Both the position numbers and the translations under genes were made by a program. Below, piece by piece: positions 36,054 to 48,860 of a stretch of DNA of 64,000 nt (position 1 is the stretch's first letter; each line of letters begins with the position of its first letter). The notes under the pieces are model-generated. The model was not told the origin of the DNA. It saw only the letters and a list, made by a program, of their open reading frames with translations, and searched no databases. This DNA comes from Lytechinus pictus. Lineage: Eukaryota. Location of the stretch: positions 14,324,001 to 14,388,000 of the forward strand of contig NC_087263.1 of the NCBI RefSeq assembly GCF_037042905.1, given 5' to 3'.

Positions 36054-36942
36054 TCATGTACTGTATTAAGAAATATTTCGATAAATTTTGATCTATTCAT
36101 TATACCGGTACTTATTTTCGACCGAGGAAGAAGAAATGAGAAGAAGAAGAAGAAGAAGAGAAGGAGAAGAAGAAGATGAAGAAGAAACAATATTATAATC
36201 CCTGGCAGGGAAGAGGGTTAGAGAGCACATGAAGGCACACGGGCCTGGGGGGCGTTTCATGAAAGGATTTGTCGGACGTTTTATCCGACAAGTCCCATTT
36301 TATCCGACAGTTACTATAGTAACAGTACCTCTTAGCCAATCAACATCAGAGAAAGATGTCAGATCTGACAACTTGTCGGATGAAAATGTTGATGAAACAC
36401 TCCCCAGGTCTGTATTCAGGCTGAATCTGAGCATGATCCCGGCTAGACAGGAATAACCGTCGTTTCTGGGGATTTATTCAACAATTTCTGACATTTTACT
36501 GTAATCCCCATTAACCGACGGTAGGGTATACGTGTGGGCTCGCATGTTTTCTCATTCCCACCCTTTTGTCAATTCACAGTCCAAAGTTTGATGTAATTTT
36601 ACACATCGAATTTACAATCTAAGGATGTATAGCCATCAAACTTTTAAACCATGATATTTAGTGAAGACAATATTTTAAACGATATAGATTAAAAGGCATG
36701 AAAAATTATACTTTACCGATGTTTAATTGGGTTGAACACGATCAAAATAGTCAATATGGCAGCCAAACTGTGAAATATTTACAAACGAACGGAGAGGGCG
36801 TCAACAATCACGAATGTGATATCGATATTGCTTTCGATATTATACGATCTGCTCCTTATGCGAGCGAAACCGCTACGATCACAAGTAGCAGACGACAATC
36901 AAACGATCACTTTAGTTCAAGCAGCATAAACGAAAGGCCTGC

Positions 36943-37110
36943 ATGATGGATGCTGTAGCCAAGGGGATATTCGGGGAACACTTCACTCTCAAGCCTGACC
37001 AGCGGGAAGCGCTACAGTGTTTGGAGGACGGGAGAGACCTGTGGGTCCAGCTCCCCACTGGACATGGAAAGTCGGCGATTTTCACCGTCTTTCCGATATG
37101 GAAATCAAAG
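36943..37110 (+). pseudogene. N-terminal exon/fragment of a RecQ-like SF2 helicase (possibly AcademH-derived)
   Basis: FTLKPDQREAL (Q-motif-like) and GRDLWVQLPTGHGKS (Walker A); similarity ends at a possible donor aag|gttatt; no further helicase motifs recognised downstream. Confidence 0.7.
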
Positions 37111-38673
37111 GTTATTAATTTTTTAATAGGCCTACTTTATTATAAAATATTGGGAAAATGATAACTACCGTAGTATTAACTTTGACATTCAAAATGCAGC
37201 TTTCATCGTTTAGACCCAGATCTAGGTTTGTGGATCACTTAAATTCAAGCAGTATAAACATATGGCCTATTTATACTACATAATCGTTTCAATTGAATAT
37301 CAAATGGCACTAAAACACTTATATGATGCTATATCTGCATACTAGTCTAACACTGAACATAAAATGAGTGAAAAAATGATTTTAACAGAAAATATTTTTA
37401 TAGGTTAGAAGTTCCCATAGACCACTACTCCAACTGACCAGACATACAGTCCCAGTTAAATCAAATACACAATTTATTACGTTTATTTACACCTTATTCT
37501 TTCTATTCTTCTTTCATTTTACACTATTTATTTTGTGTTGGGCTATTCTGATGACTGGCCACATTGAATGCATTTGTTTATTTCAATGTTTTTAAATCTT
37601 TTCTATGTGAACACTGACTGAAATTAAGTATAACGTCGATTATTGCAATCCACACAGTCAAGTCCTGGATCTTCTCGTATAGGCCTATACGTTCAAATCG
37701 CTGTACAGAGTTGCTATGATTGTCGTCTCAGGGGGATATGAGTCAATTTTGAAAAGACATTTCCAACATCTTTATACCTATCATATTTAAATGTCTGATT
37801 AAGAAACCTTCAAACACCCCCCCCCCCCCCAAAAAAAAGGGGGAACAAACTCTAAGAAATGATGTTAAAATTCTGCAATAGCTATCTATTCAAAGTGTTA
37901 TTTGAGGGCTCCAATTATAGGCTTTATCATCGAACCATTCAAATTTGAAGGAAAGGGGAGTGTCTCCTTTGCGTCGCTATTATCACCACAATAGAGGCTA
38001 TACTGCTTGTTTAAGACGACTCGTAATATTAGATCCATATTGACCTTTATACTCTCATGTAGGACCTTTAGGTCTAACTATTCTAAAAACGCAAAACTTT
38101 AAAGACAATCAGACCAATTAATGCTACACAGAGTGAACGCCAATTCAGATCCACCCAATCGGCTGGCAAGAAAAAAAAGGAGAGAAAGAGAAAGGAAGAA
38201 AGAAAGTGGGGTTAAAGAAGAATTATTGTCGACCTATGTTATAATGATAATAATAATGGATGTGTAATGCGCCAAATCCACTCGGCAGGGTGCCCGAGGC
38301 GCAGTGAAAGAAAGAAAAACACAGAGAGAAAAATACAAAGTATGTTATAATATATGAAATTATATTACGTGTATTTTTATTTCAGAACTATTTATGAAAC
38401 ATAATTTGCTTAAATGTTAGTCCCTACTGGTGCTTGCGTTGTCTGTTTGATGAGATAAATAATCCTGTTTAAGGAGATTAAATGGTTCTAAATCATCCCG
38501 TTTCCAAGTCCATAAATATACACCAAATATATTTCCTTGTATTCGGATTTTTCAAAATTATTGTATGTAGTGACATTGATTTTTTTTAATGACTACTACA
38601 TTTGCCGCATTTAAGGTCTAAATATAAAACATTTCCAGTCCGTGCTTACGTTGACATTAGTGCATTGGCCATA

Positions 38674-39105
38674 CAGTGGCGTACCGTGTGTCACGGCATG
38701 GGGGGACCAGCAAAAAAAAATGAGTATACTAATAGAGGCATTTTAAGGGCAGTGCCATTAAACGGATATGTATATTACTGATAAAAAATAATGCGAGCGC
38801 CAAGCGCGAGCTGAAAATCTTTGATATTCAGACCTAAAAAGGGACACAAGCATTTTTTTGTAATTATGATACGTGCCCGTCTCGCTAAACAATGCAAAAC
38901 TGCTGAAATGTTTGTATTTATTGACCCCAAACAGGGACATTTTAAGGACAATAGGCCTATTTTAGGAATCCATATCCATGTACATATCTCAAAAGCTACG
39001 TTTCTCTTCCCTTCTCCCTCTTTTTCTCCTTTTCCCGTTTTTTAAATATTTTTGCCAGCCGAGGGGGGGGGGGGTGCCCCCATGTCCCCCGTAGTCACTC
39101 CACTG
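38674..39105 (+). mobile_element. Internally deleted relative of the hAT-like element at 57833-58960
   Basis: cagtggcgtaccgtg start, shared gcgagcgc..gcgcgagctgaaa blocks, ccactg end. Confidence 0.7.
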
Positions 39106-39545
39106 ATTGGTGAGATATGTCTACTCTTCATGACACGAGCGTAAATCCAGAGGGGGGTGGGGGTATGCATCCCCTCCCCCCACACTTTTCAACACAGAAA
39201 AAAAATATTCTTTAATTATCAAATGGTCAATAACTTTTAGTATGTGGATTTATCTTTAAATGCAGTCAAGGTGCTTAAATTGGCCAAGTTTTTCCATTTT
39301 AAAGATGAAAAATTTCTCACTCGGCCGCTCTGCCCCGCGCTTAATCTAATTTGGCCTTGACAATCACTACGTTTAGCTTATTGCAGAGGTTAATTTATAT
39401 CCACTGCGTAATGGGAATATGTTTATAATAATTCAATTTTTTAATATAAGATTCCAATGACTTTTAAATATGATGATAACTATGGACCTTAAACGAATCA
39501 AACATCCTTTAAATATACACTTTCGTGAATATGGGGGAGGGGCTG

Positions 39546-39931
39546 TCATAACTTGGAATCTCTGTGGAAGCGCAGGAATTTTTCACCAAAATATAGGCTC
39601 AGTCTTCTTCGTTTCTTCCGAAGAAATGGCGAAGCATAGCTGGTCACTTTCACTTTCCTCCCCAGGTAAACATTGATTCTACTAATTTTCTTTAATTTGG
39701 ATTTATTTTCAATTACATTTGAATTGCTTTCAGATAATTTTGAAATTATTCTGCAACATCTGTCGCAAATGAATTTTTTTGATTTTTGATCTGGTGTCAC
39801 TTTATTACCAATGATTCGACAGCGTCAGCAGTGGTGTAATCACGGTGATCCAATTTTGCATTCAAAGATCTTCTTTTATTAGGATGATTATTCAAATTAC
39901 GGTCACAATTACAACACCAGTAGTCAGCCAT
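39546..39931 (-). pseudogene. Frameshifted fragment with a ZAD/zf-AD-like CxxC...CxxC domain (probably transposon protein N-terminus)
   Basis: ATG at 39931 gives MADYWCCNCDRNL...ESLVIK; after a 1-nt shift near 39801 it continues VTPDQKSKKFICDRCCRIISKL...RKKRRR. Confidence 0.5.
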
Positions 39932-40627
39932 AATTACTAAAATGAATTAATGAATCAAATAAAATTACCACCAGCAATCAGCACACCTAACGTTATACAT
40001 GGCAATATACGAATAAAATAATACGATACGATACACTACACGAAGATAAACGATACTAGTTATAATCGCGATAAATCGAGACATGAAAAAGTTAATAACG
40101 ATAATGACGTCATTCAAGATGGCAACTTGCAAGAAAAACACATCCCGTTAAAGACAGCACGTTAGCCATTCTCTGATTGGTCGGTTAAGGACGTACCGTA
40201 TATCCTGTGCATGTACGTACGGACTATACACTGGGCCACCGTTATTTGCAAGATAGTAATTGAAACGATCTTCACAGGTTCGCTATCACCGTATTCAGGT
40301 GGTTTTCCTGATTTTAATATCACACAACTGCAAATGAAAGATTCTCCAAGGAATTCTGAATTGGACAACAGGACGAATGGATGTATCTAGCGAAGAAAAA
40401 CAACTTTTTGACCCATACTGTGACGCGCGCGCTCACGCTCAATCAATGGTCAGACTATAGACTTCGGTACCAGTCGTAATAAAAGAACATATTTCATGCA
40501 CGTCGCCGAAGATACAATTTTTTGTGTATCAGACTCGTGGCTCGTTGCACTAGAGCTAACCGATTTTGTTTTCTACGTTAGTGGATGATATTTACAATAT
40601 AACGACAGTCTTCTTATTCGAGTGGTG

Positions 40628-43600
40628 TTTTTTTTTTGTATTAAGAAGTTTTTATTTGTCAACAACTTCAATTCATACATGTCATATACAAAATAAAATA
40701 CATACATCAAATACAATATATCTTTACAAATTATGAATACATTGTAAACTCATATAATTAACACTTTACATTTTCTCTTTTTTCCTTTAGTGTTACAATA
40801 AAACCTAATAAAACTCAACGTACTCAATTTTTTTTCTAGTGTCAAAATATTCACAACATAACAGATTTTCCAAATACACAAAACCAATCATTAATACAAC
40901 CTAGTCGAATTGAAGCCATTAACAAGGATTTTCCATACCCCCCTACCCACACCTTGGCCTCATTCCTCAAATATTGCATATCCTATAACAACATCAGCCT
41001 CAGGCCCGAACCCTACCTACCACCCCCCCCCCTCCCGACCATTTGTTGTTTATATCAAGGAGTTTGAAAATAGCCAAGAAGCAAGAAAAATTAAAATAAA
41101 AAAAAAACACGGAAGCAAAACAAAACAATACAAACCCCCTCCCAACCCCAGGCATGTGTCCCCCCTACCCTCTAGGCCTCTACCCCTCCCCATAACCCCC
41201 CCCCCTCCCATGCCCTTCGTCGTCACAACCTTCCCGTTCTACTCGTGTGGGGGTGGAAAAAACGTTTTCCTTCCTTCTCTGAATGGTAAGAATGAACAAA
41301 ATATATGTATATATGTACATATATATATATATTAATGAAAAATACTCTCATATACCTATAAGTATTCATTGAAAAAAAATACTTTATTCATTATCGTTAT
41401 TATACACACATGTTATTTATTTCATTTATTCTTATTTTATTTTTCACTTATTTATCATTTATTTATTTTATATTTTTAATTTATTTATTTTCATTTTGTT
41501 TTTGTTTTTTGCACATCTAGCTCTCCCAAAACTCCTCCCAACATTCCTATTTTCTTAAGTGAAGGGGGTATTTATTTCTATTTAATGCCAATTTTCTTTC
41601 TTCAAATTCATCTTCTTTTAATTTACTTTTAATCTTATTTAAAACTATTTCTGAATTGTTTTCTCTACCACTGAAAACCAAATACTTTACAAGGATTATA
41701 AAGTGATTAACCGATTTTTCTTTTCCTTGATCTGCTTAATTTATCCCCCAAAATATGTCTTCCCAAGTAAGATTGGTGAAAGAAACAAAGTCAAAAATAT
41801 TCTCGAAGTCTCTCCATATTAATTTTGCTTTTTCGCATTGAAAAAATAAATGACGATAAGTCTCTTTTTCTTTTTTACAGTAGCTACACAGATTAGAATC
41901 AACTTTCCCAAATAAATGCAAATGCTGATTTGTATAAATGATTCCGTGTATTAATTTAAATTGGAACTCTCTATATAAGTCGGCTGTTTAATGTACATTG
42001 CCTTATTCTTTTAAAAATATTTTATCTTTATCTGAAAGACGGTATAAATTATAGTTACACTTTAGTCTTGTGAATACTCCAGGTGTTATTGCTTTCTGGT
42101 AAAGAAATGTTGTACAAAGTTTTTTTGATGCAATATCATTTATTGCTACAACATTTTTACCTAATAAAAAAACTATGTCAGGATCATCAGGAATTGTGTC
42201 TCTATCTGTTCTCATATTTCTCTTCCAGCTGACCGGAAGTGTACCATAGATCTTGCCAATCAATCCAATGTCATTGGATTGTAATCCTCGTCGTTGAAAG
42301 TATCCATAGGCGGTGCTGCACCATCCCGAGTTTGCTCAATCTCGAGATTTTAGCCCGATCAGCCCTCTTCGCGATTAATCTCGAGATTCAAGAAACCCCG
42401 TCTGCACCATCCCACGAGGAGCTATATCTGCTCGAGCGAGGCAACAAGCCCGATATTCCGGGCATGCGCACTTTCGGATCTTGGAGTTTCAACGGCCCGC
42501 GCTTTTGAATAACTTCCCGCGATATGCAAGCAATGAACTCCTTTCACTAGTACTTTCGCCGAATTCAACCGGTGTTATGCAACAATCCTTTCAGCTCAGC
42601 GAGTGAAGAAGTGATGTATTCTTCGTGAAATATGATGGCGGAGTAGGAGGCAACGACAGAGAGAGAGAGAGAGAGGGAGAAGGAGGAAAGAAATGCTATT
42701 TGCTCACATTTTGCGAAGGAATAAGACAACACTGCTGTCAGTGTTGTTATTGAATATGACCATCGTCGATGCGATGAGCGCCTCCCCCTTCGGTCTGGTC
42801 TCTCCCGGGGTCTCTCCCAAAATCCATTCACTGGTGGGGACACCATCGTTGCTTATGAACGCTATTCGCATGTATAAAGTTGACTTTCGCACGTGTTTAT
42901 GTTTTGACCAAGGCGGAAGTGGAACGCGAATTGCATTATGGACTGACGTCATGAATAAATTACCCCGAGTCCAATCTCGAGTGCGTCTGCACCGACGAAT
43001 TAGCGGGATAATTCGTAAAATAGCGCGCTATTTTGCAAATAAACCCGAGTTGACTTGGGATTGCAATCTCGAGATTAATCCTACGAACTAGCGCGATAAT
43101 TGCGTCTGCACCGCCAACTATCTCGAGATTTTTCAGATCGGGATAATTTGCCGGATCAGAAATAGCGCGCTAATTTGAAACTTCGGGATGGTGCAGACGG
43201 CCCTCATGAGATCTTACATTTCCGTCATTATCCATTATGTGGTTCAATCTATATATTTTTTTGTCAAAAAGCTTTCTGTCAAATACACACTTTCCGTTAA
43301 CTCGTATGAATTTATTATTAAACATTATTTCATTTCATATGTAAGGTTCATATTTCTGCTGGAAATTCCTCGTTTCTATCCACACTTCCAGAAGATCTGT
43401 ATAGAACTTTGGTAATGTTAAATTCAAAAGGTCAAGTAAATAGTCACAAGAAAAATGAAACTTCCGCCTACATGTTGTGTAGCGTGATTAAAAATATAAC
43501 TTCCATTTCATTTCGTTAGTTTCCATAAGTTTTTTTACTCACATAACTCTCTGTGCTTTTATTAACAGTTCAAAATTCATCATTTTCAGACCTCCCAAAT

Positions 43601-44690
43601 GGTAATCCAGATACATCGTATTTCTTTTAATTTTATTACTTCCACCCCACAGGAACTCAACAGTTATCTTTTCTAAATCCTCATAAACCCATTTTGGAAC
43701 TGGCATGAGGGATGCTGTGTATATGAATTTTGAATATATAAATAACTTTAGTAACTGTATATTTTACCCATCAACGTCAAATCCCTCTGTTTCCACCAAC
43801 CTAAAAGTTTTTTTGTTTTACTTGATATTTCTTTGTAATTCAAATTTTCTTTTACTTCATTGTTCGAAGAAAAAAAACACCCCTAATATCTTAACAAAAT
43901 CCACTCTCTGGCCGAAAGGTATTTCATAAGATTTTCCTTGTAAAGCCCCAATCAAGAGAACTTTTGTTTTATCCTTATTAACACCAAATCCTGAAATATT
44001 TCCAAATTATCTAATAAACCTAATTTGACTTTTCTAATTGAATCTTCATCTTGAACAAAAAGGGTCATGTTATCTGCATACATGATTTGTTTCATTTTCT
44101 CCTTTCCAAACAAAATACCTTTAACCTCCCTATTGTACCTTATATTATGTGTCAGTATTTTTAAACATAAAATAAAATATTACGTCGTATATTATTCTGA
44201 TTGCTTCTCCAATAGTTCTCCCGTTCATAAAACCTATTTGATCTACTGAACTAATGTCTTCTAAAACATCTTTTAATCTTGTTGCCAAGACTTTAGACAG
44301 AATTTTATAATCAATATTTAATAATGATATTGGCCTGTAATTCTTAAGTAAATGAGGGTCCTTCCCATCTTTGGCAATCAGAATGACCACAGCTTGTTTT
44401 TGTGATGCAGTTAGTTCTCCTGTTTTAAAAGCCTCGTTAAAGGCCCCTAGTAATATATCTTTTATTTCTGTCCAGAATGTAGTAAAAAAAAACACTACGG
44501 TCAGTCCGTCATTCCCTGGTGATTTATTTTGTTTCATTCCTTTAAGGACTGTAAAACATTCTCCTTCATAAACTTTCACTTCACAATTTGTTTTGCTTTC
44601 ATATGACAATGACGGTAAGTTTAAAAAAAAATCTATATCAGATACACTATCTTCTAAAACCTTGATGGTAATTCGCGATATTGATAAAAT
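40628..44690 (-). mobile_element. Decayed, 5'-truncated L1/Tx1-like non-LTR retrotransposon
   Basis: KSPGNDGLT, NYRPISLLNIDYKILSK, DQIGFMNGR; YADN at ~44070; GGLKMMNF; C-terminal CSYC..ETYRHLFFQC; AATAAA and poly(A) on minus at ~40655-40628; stops, frameshifts and an internal RT deletion. Confidence 0.9.
42308..43204. mobile_element. 897-bp Harbinger-like MITE inserted in the LINE ORF2
   Basis: AGG..ctgcaccatcccga / tcgggatggtgcagacggcCCT; 3-bp TSD cat; removal restores the frame GNVRSHGYFQRRG...IGKIYGTLPVSWK. Confidence 0.88.
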
Positions 44691-44769
44691 ATGAGAATCT
44701 AATAAATAACACACCTATATAAAAAGTACCGCATATCAAATAGAGATCGAAATGCATGGAGAAGATAAA

Positions 44770-45154
44770 CCCAGCTAGCACAAAAACATTCTAAGAATAT
44801 TATAACATTAATATATTATATATTATAGGTAAATGCTATGAAAACATTTTTAAAATGTCAAAATGTATGGTTATATCTATGTATGGTTATAGGGAAACTT
44901 TCTTTTATATAACGTTTAGCAATAATAGTTTTAAAATGTTATTAAAACGTTTTTTGCTTTTTGGGAAACGTTATAACGATGTTTCAAAAACACTATTTTC
45001 TTTTAGCATAAACAATTTTTTGTCAAAACATTATTCAAATATTAAGCGTATGATTGAAATATTTTATTAATGTTATAAAAACGTTATTACAAAACATTAT
45101 TTGGAAAACATAAATGAGACCTTTTCGAAATGTTATTAAAACGTGTGCTATGGG
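44770..45154. mobile_element. EnSpm/CMC-like MITE with CCC termini
   Basis: cccagctagcac / gtgctatggg, aa on both sides, many aaaacatt/aaaacgtt repeats. Confidence 0.55.
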
Positions 45155-45262
45155 AAAATGGACCGTTTTATAGTGATAGACTTAAATATGCTACTTATAA
45201 GGTAAACATAATTATAGTGCATAAACTGAAGATTATATTATAATATATGACTCTATAACTAT

Positions 45263-45707
45263 GAAAATGGCAACACGGCTGTCTCTAAAAGTGCATATAG
45301 ACTAGCCCTATTATGTCATAAAAATATGGCAACGCGGCTGTCTCTAAATGTCATAATAATATATTTTATGAAAATGGCAACACAGCTGTCTCTAAATAGA
45401 CAAAATGGCAACAGGGCTGTCTCTAAATGTCATAGACTATATGTCATGAAAATGGCAACACAGCTGTCTCTAAATGCTTTATACACTATGTCAAGAAAAT
45501 GGCAACACGGCTGTCTCTAATTGTCATATAAATATGTCATGAAAATGGCAACACGGCTGTCTCTATGTCATATAGACTATTATGTCATGAAAATGGCAAC
45601 ACGGCTGTCTCTAAATGTCATATAGACTATAATATATGTCATGAAAAATGGCAACATGCAGGGCTGTCTCTAAATGTCTATATGTCATGAAAATGGCAAC
45701 ACTGCTG
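45263..45707 (+). repeat. ~45-bp minisatellite (aaaatggcaacacggctgtctctaa...), forward block
   Basis: About 9 diverged copies. Confidence 0.9.
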
Positions 45708-46364
45708 ACAAAATGATTAAGTGCATTAATTTATCAATTGCTGGAACTTATTTTCATCAAATGGAGACGCATCATTTACGCATGGATGAAAAATTATAGA
45801 AGCAATTATGATTTCAAGTAATAAGAAAACGAAAAGTGGGGATGTGACATCATATCCGCAGCCCACATAATAAATAGGCCTATTTATGACGAAGTGCATA
45901 TCACTATATTGCTAAATTTTAAAATTCAATAACTTCATTATTTGTTATCCGATTCTGATAAAAAAGCATTTTGCTCTAGGCTGTGAATTTTACTCTACTT
46001 ATTTAGATATATATCTTCAGCCGGGAGCATCCTTTCATGTTATATTGACTATATAACTGCCATGCAAATTGAAACGCGGTTATGATACTAATGAATTTGA
46101 GATATTAGTATCTTCAACTGTAATTATTATATAGGCAGTCTCTTCACGGTAATTATATACTTTGCAAACCCAAAGTCATTACAATGAGTATTTCTAGTAT
46201 CAAAAGAGGGATTACTTTTAGCAGAAAACCAATTAGCACTTCAAGGACTATAGTACATTCAGCTTTATATCCTGCTTTGGGGTAGGAATTAACAATAGAT
46301 AATCCTGGTTGAAAGCCATCAATTGACTACTTAAAGGACAAGTCCACTTCAAAAAATAGTGTAT

Positions 46365-48860
46365 AAAGCATTTAGAGACAGCTGTGTTGCCATTTTCATG
46401 ACATATAGTTTATATGACAATTATAGAGACAGCCGTGTTGCCCTTTTCTTGACATATAGTGTATATGACAATTAGAGACAGCCATGTTGCCATTTTCTTG
46501 ACATATAGTGTATATGACAATTAGAGACAGCCGTGTTGCCATTTTCTGGACATAGTGTATAAAGCATTTAGAGACAGCTGTGTTGCCATTTTTTGACATA
46601 TAGTTTATATGACAACGTTAGAGACAGCCGCGTGTTGCCATTTTCTTGACATATAGTTTATATGACAATTAGAGACAGCCGTGTTGCCATTTTTATGACA
46701 TATATATAGTTTATATGACAATTAGAGACAGCCGTGTTGCCATTTTCATGACATATATATAGTTTATATGACAATAATAGAGGCAGCCGTGTTGCCATTT
46801 TCATGACATATGGTTTATATGACAACGTTAGAGACAGCCGTGTTGCCATTTTCTTGACATATAGTTTATATGACAATTAGAGACAGCGGTGTTGCCCTTT
46901 TCTTGACATATAGTGTATATGACAATTAGAGACAGCCGTGTTGCCATTTTCTTGACATATAGTGTATATGACAATTAGAGACAGCTGTGTTGCCATTTTT
47001 TGACATATAGTTTATATGACAACGTTAGAGACAGCCGTGTTGCAATTTTCATGACATATAGTTTATATGACAATTAGAGGCAGCCGTGTTGCCATTTTCA
47101 TGACATATAGTTTATATGACAATTATAGAGGCAGCCCCCAGGACCAAAATCCAATTGAAACCAGTTGGATTTCCAACTGGTTTCAATTGGTTTCAATTGG
47201 TTTCAACTGGTTTCAATTGGTTTTAACTGGAATTTAACAATTTCCAGTTGAAACCAATTGAAACCAGTTGGGCAACTGGAAATCCTAACTGGAACCAGTT
47301 GGGTAACTGGAAATGACTTCCAATTGGGAATGATTTCTAACTGGAACCAGTTGAGTAACTGGAAATCCCAACTGGAACCAGTTGGGCAACTGGAAATCCT
47401 AACTGGAACCAGTTGGGTAACTGGAAATGACTTCCAATTGGAAATGATTTCTTACTGGAACCAGTTGAGTAACTGGAAATCCCAACTGGAACCAGTTGGG
47501 CAACTGGAAATCCTAACTGGAACCAGTTGGGTAACTGGAAATGACTTCCAATTGGAAATGATTTCTAACTGGAACCAGTTGGGCAACTGGAAATCCTAAC
47601 TGGAACCAGTTGGGTAACTGGAAATGACTTCCAACTGGAAATGATTTCTAACTGGAACCAGTTGAGTAACTGGAAATCCCAACTGGAACCAGTTGGGCAA
47701 CTGGAAATCCTAACTGGAACCAGTTGGGTAACTGGAAATGACTTCCAACTGGAAATGATTTCTAACTGGAACCAGTTGGGTAACTGGAAATCCTAACTTG
47801 AACCATTCAGTTGTGTAACTGGAAATCCTAACTGGTACCAATTGGGTAACTGAGATGACTTCTAACTGGAAAGATGGGTAACTGGAAATGAATTCTAATT
47901 GGAACCAGTTGGGTAACTGGAAATTATTTCCAATTGGTTTCCAATTGGAAATTTTCCAGTTACCCAACTGGATCCAATTGAAACCAGTTAATTTGCATAT
48001 TATTTGCCAGTGTGCACAGATTAATGTTTTATGAGATTAATCATCATTAACAATGTATCTATTTAATTCTTTACAATTTCAAGTACCACACTTTTTAAAG
48101 ATTAGTATTTAGAATACTTAGCAGTGAAAACCATGTTCATAAATGTTATAGATTATAATTAAAACAGATTAAAGGATAATTAGTACACCACTAACTGTTA
48201 CCAAATTACATCAAATAAAAGTACATATATTTGAAGATCTTCCATATAAATATATATACATGAAAGTCTGTATTTTATCAATGCCCTTTACATTGGTATT
48301 AATAGACATATAACACTGCTTCTGTGTTGGCATGAGAAATAGTTACTGCAAATGCTAATTAATTTGTAACTAATTAAGTTCGTTCCAACTGGAAGTTCCA
48401 ATTGGATCCAGTTGGAAACCAATTGGTTTCAACTGGTTCCAGTTGAAACCAGTTGCCTCCAATTGGTTTCAACTGGAACCAATTGAAACCAGTTGCCTCC
48501 AATTGGATTCAATTGGTTTTAATAGGGAAATTGGAACAACTGGAACCAATTGCCAACTGGTTCCAGTTGCCCAATTGGTTTTAACTGGAACCAATTGGCA
48601 ACTGGTTTTCAATTGGTTTTTAACTGGAACCAATTGGCAACTGGTTTTCAATTGGAACCAGTTGTTCCAATTTCCCTATTGAAACCAGTTGGCCAACTGG
48701 TTTCAATTGGTTTTGCCCTAATTGGTTTTAACTGGATTTTGGTCCTGGGCCGTGTTGCCATTTTCATGACATATAGTTTATATGACAATTAGAGACAGCT
48801 GTGTTGCCATTTTCTTGACATATAGTGTATAAAGCATTTAGAGACAGCTGTGTTGCCATT
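46365..48860 (-). repeat. Same ~45-bp minisatellite, inverted block, interrupted at 47137-48749
   Basis: ttagagacagccgtgttgccatttt repeated over 46365-47136 and resuming at 48750-48860. Confidence 0.9.
47137..48749. mobile_element. 1613-bp EnSpm/CMC-like non-autonomous element with internal aactggaaccagttgg satellite
   Basis: TIR cccaggaccaaaatcca / tggattttggtcctggg; 2-bp TSD cc splitting a host unit (cagcc|gtgttgcc); 114-bp higher-order period from 47271. Confidence 0.85.

Noticed and set aside
42565..43091. ORFs inside the 897-bp insertion as a transposase
   Set aside because: No DDE or Myb/SANT-like motifs recognised; short and overlapping on both strands
47258..48792. Repetitive W/N/Q-rich ORFs
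   Set aside because: Translations of the internal satellite of a non-autonomous transposon
45263..48860. CRISPR-like array
   Set aside because: Sequences between the conserved cores are themselves repeated, not unique spacers; no cas genes; eukaryotic context
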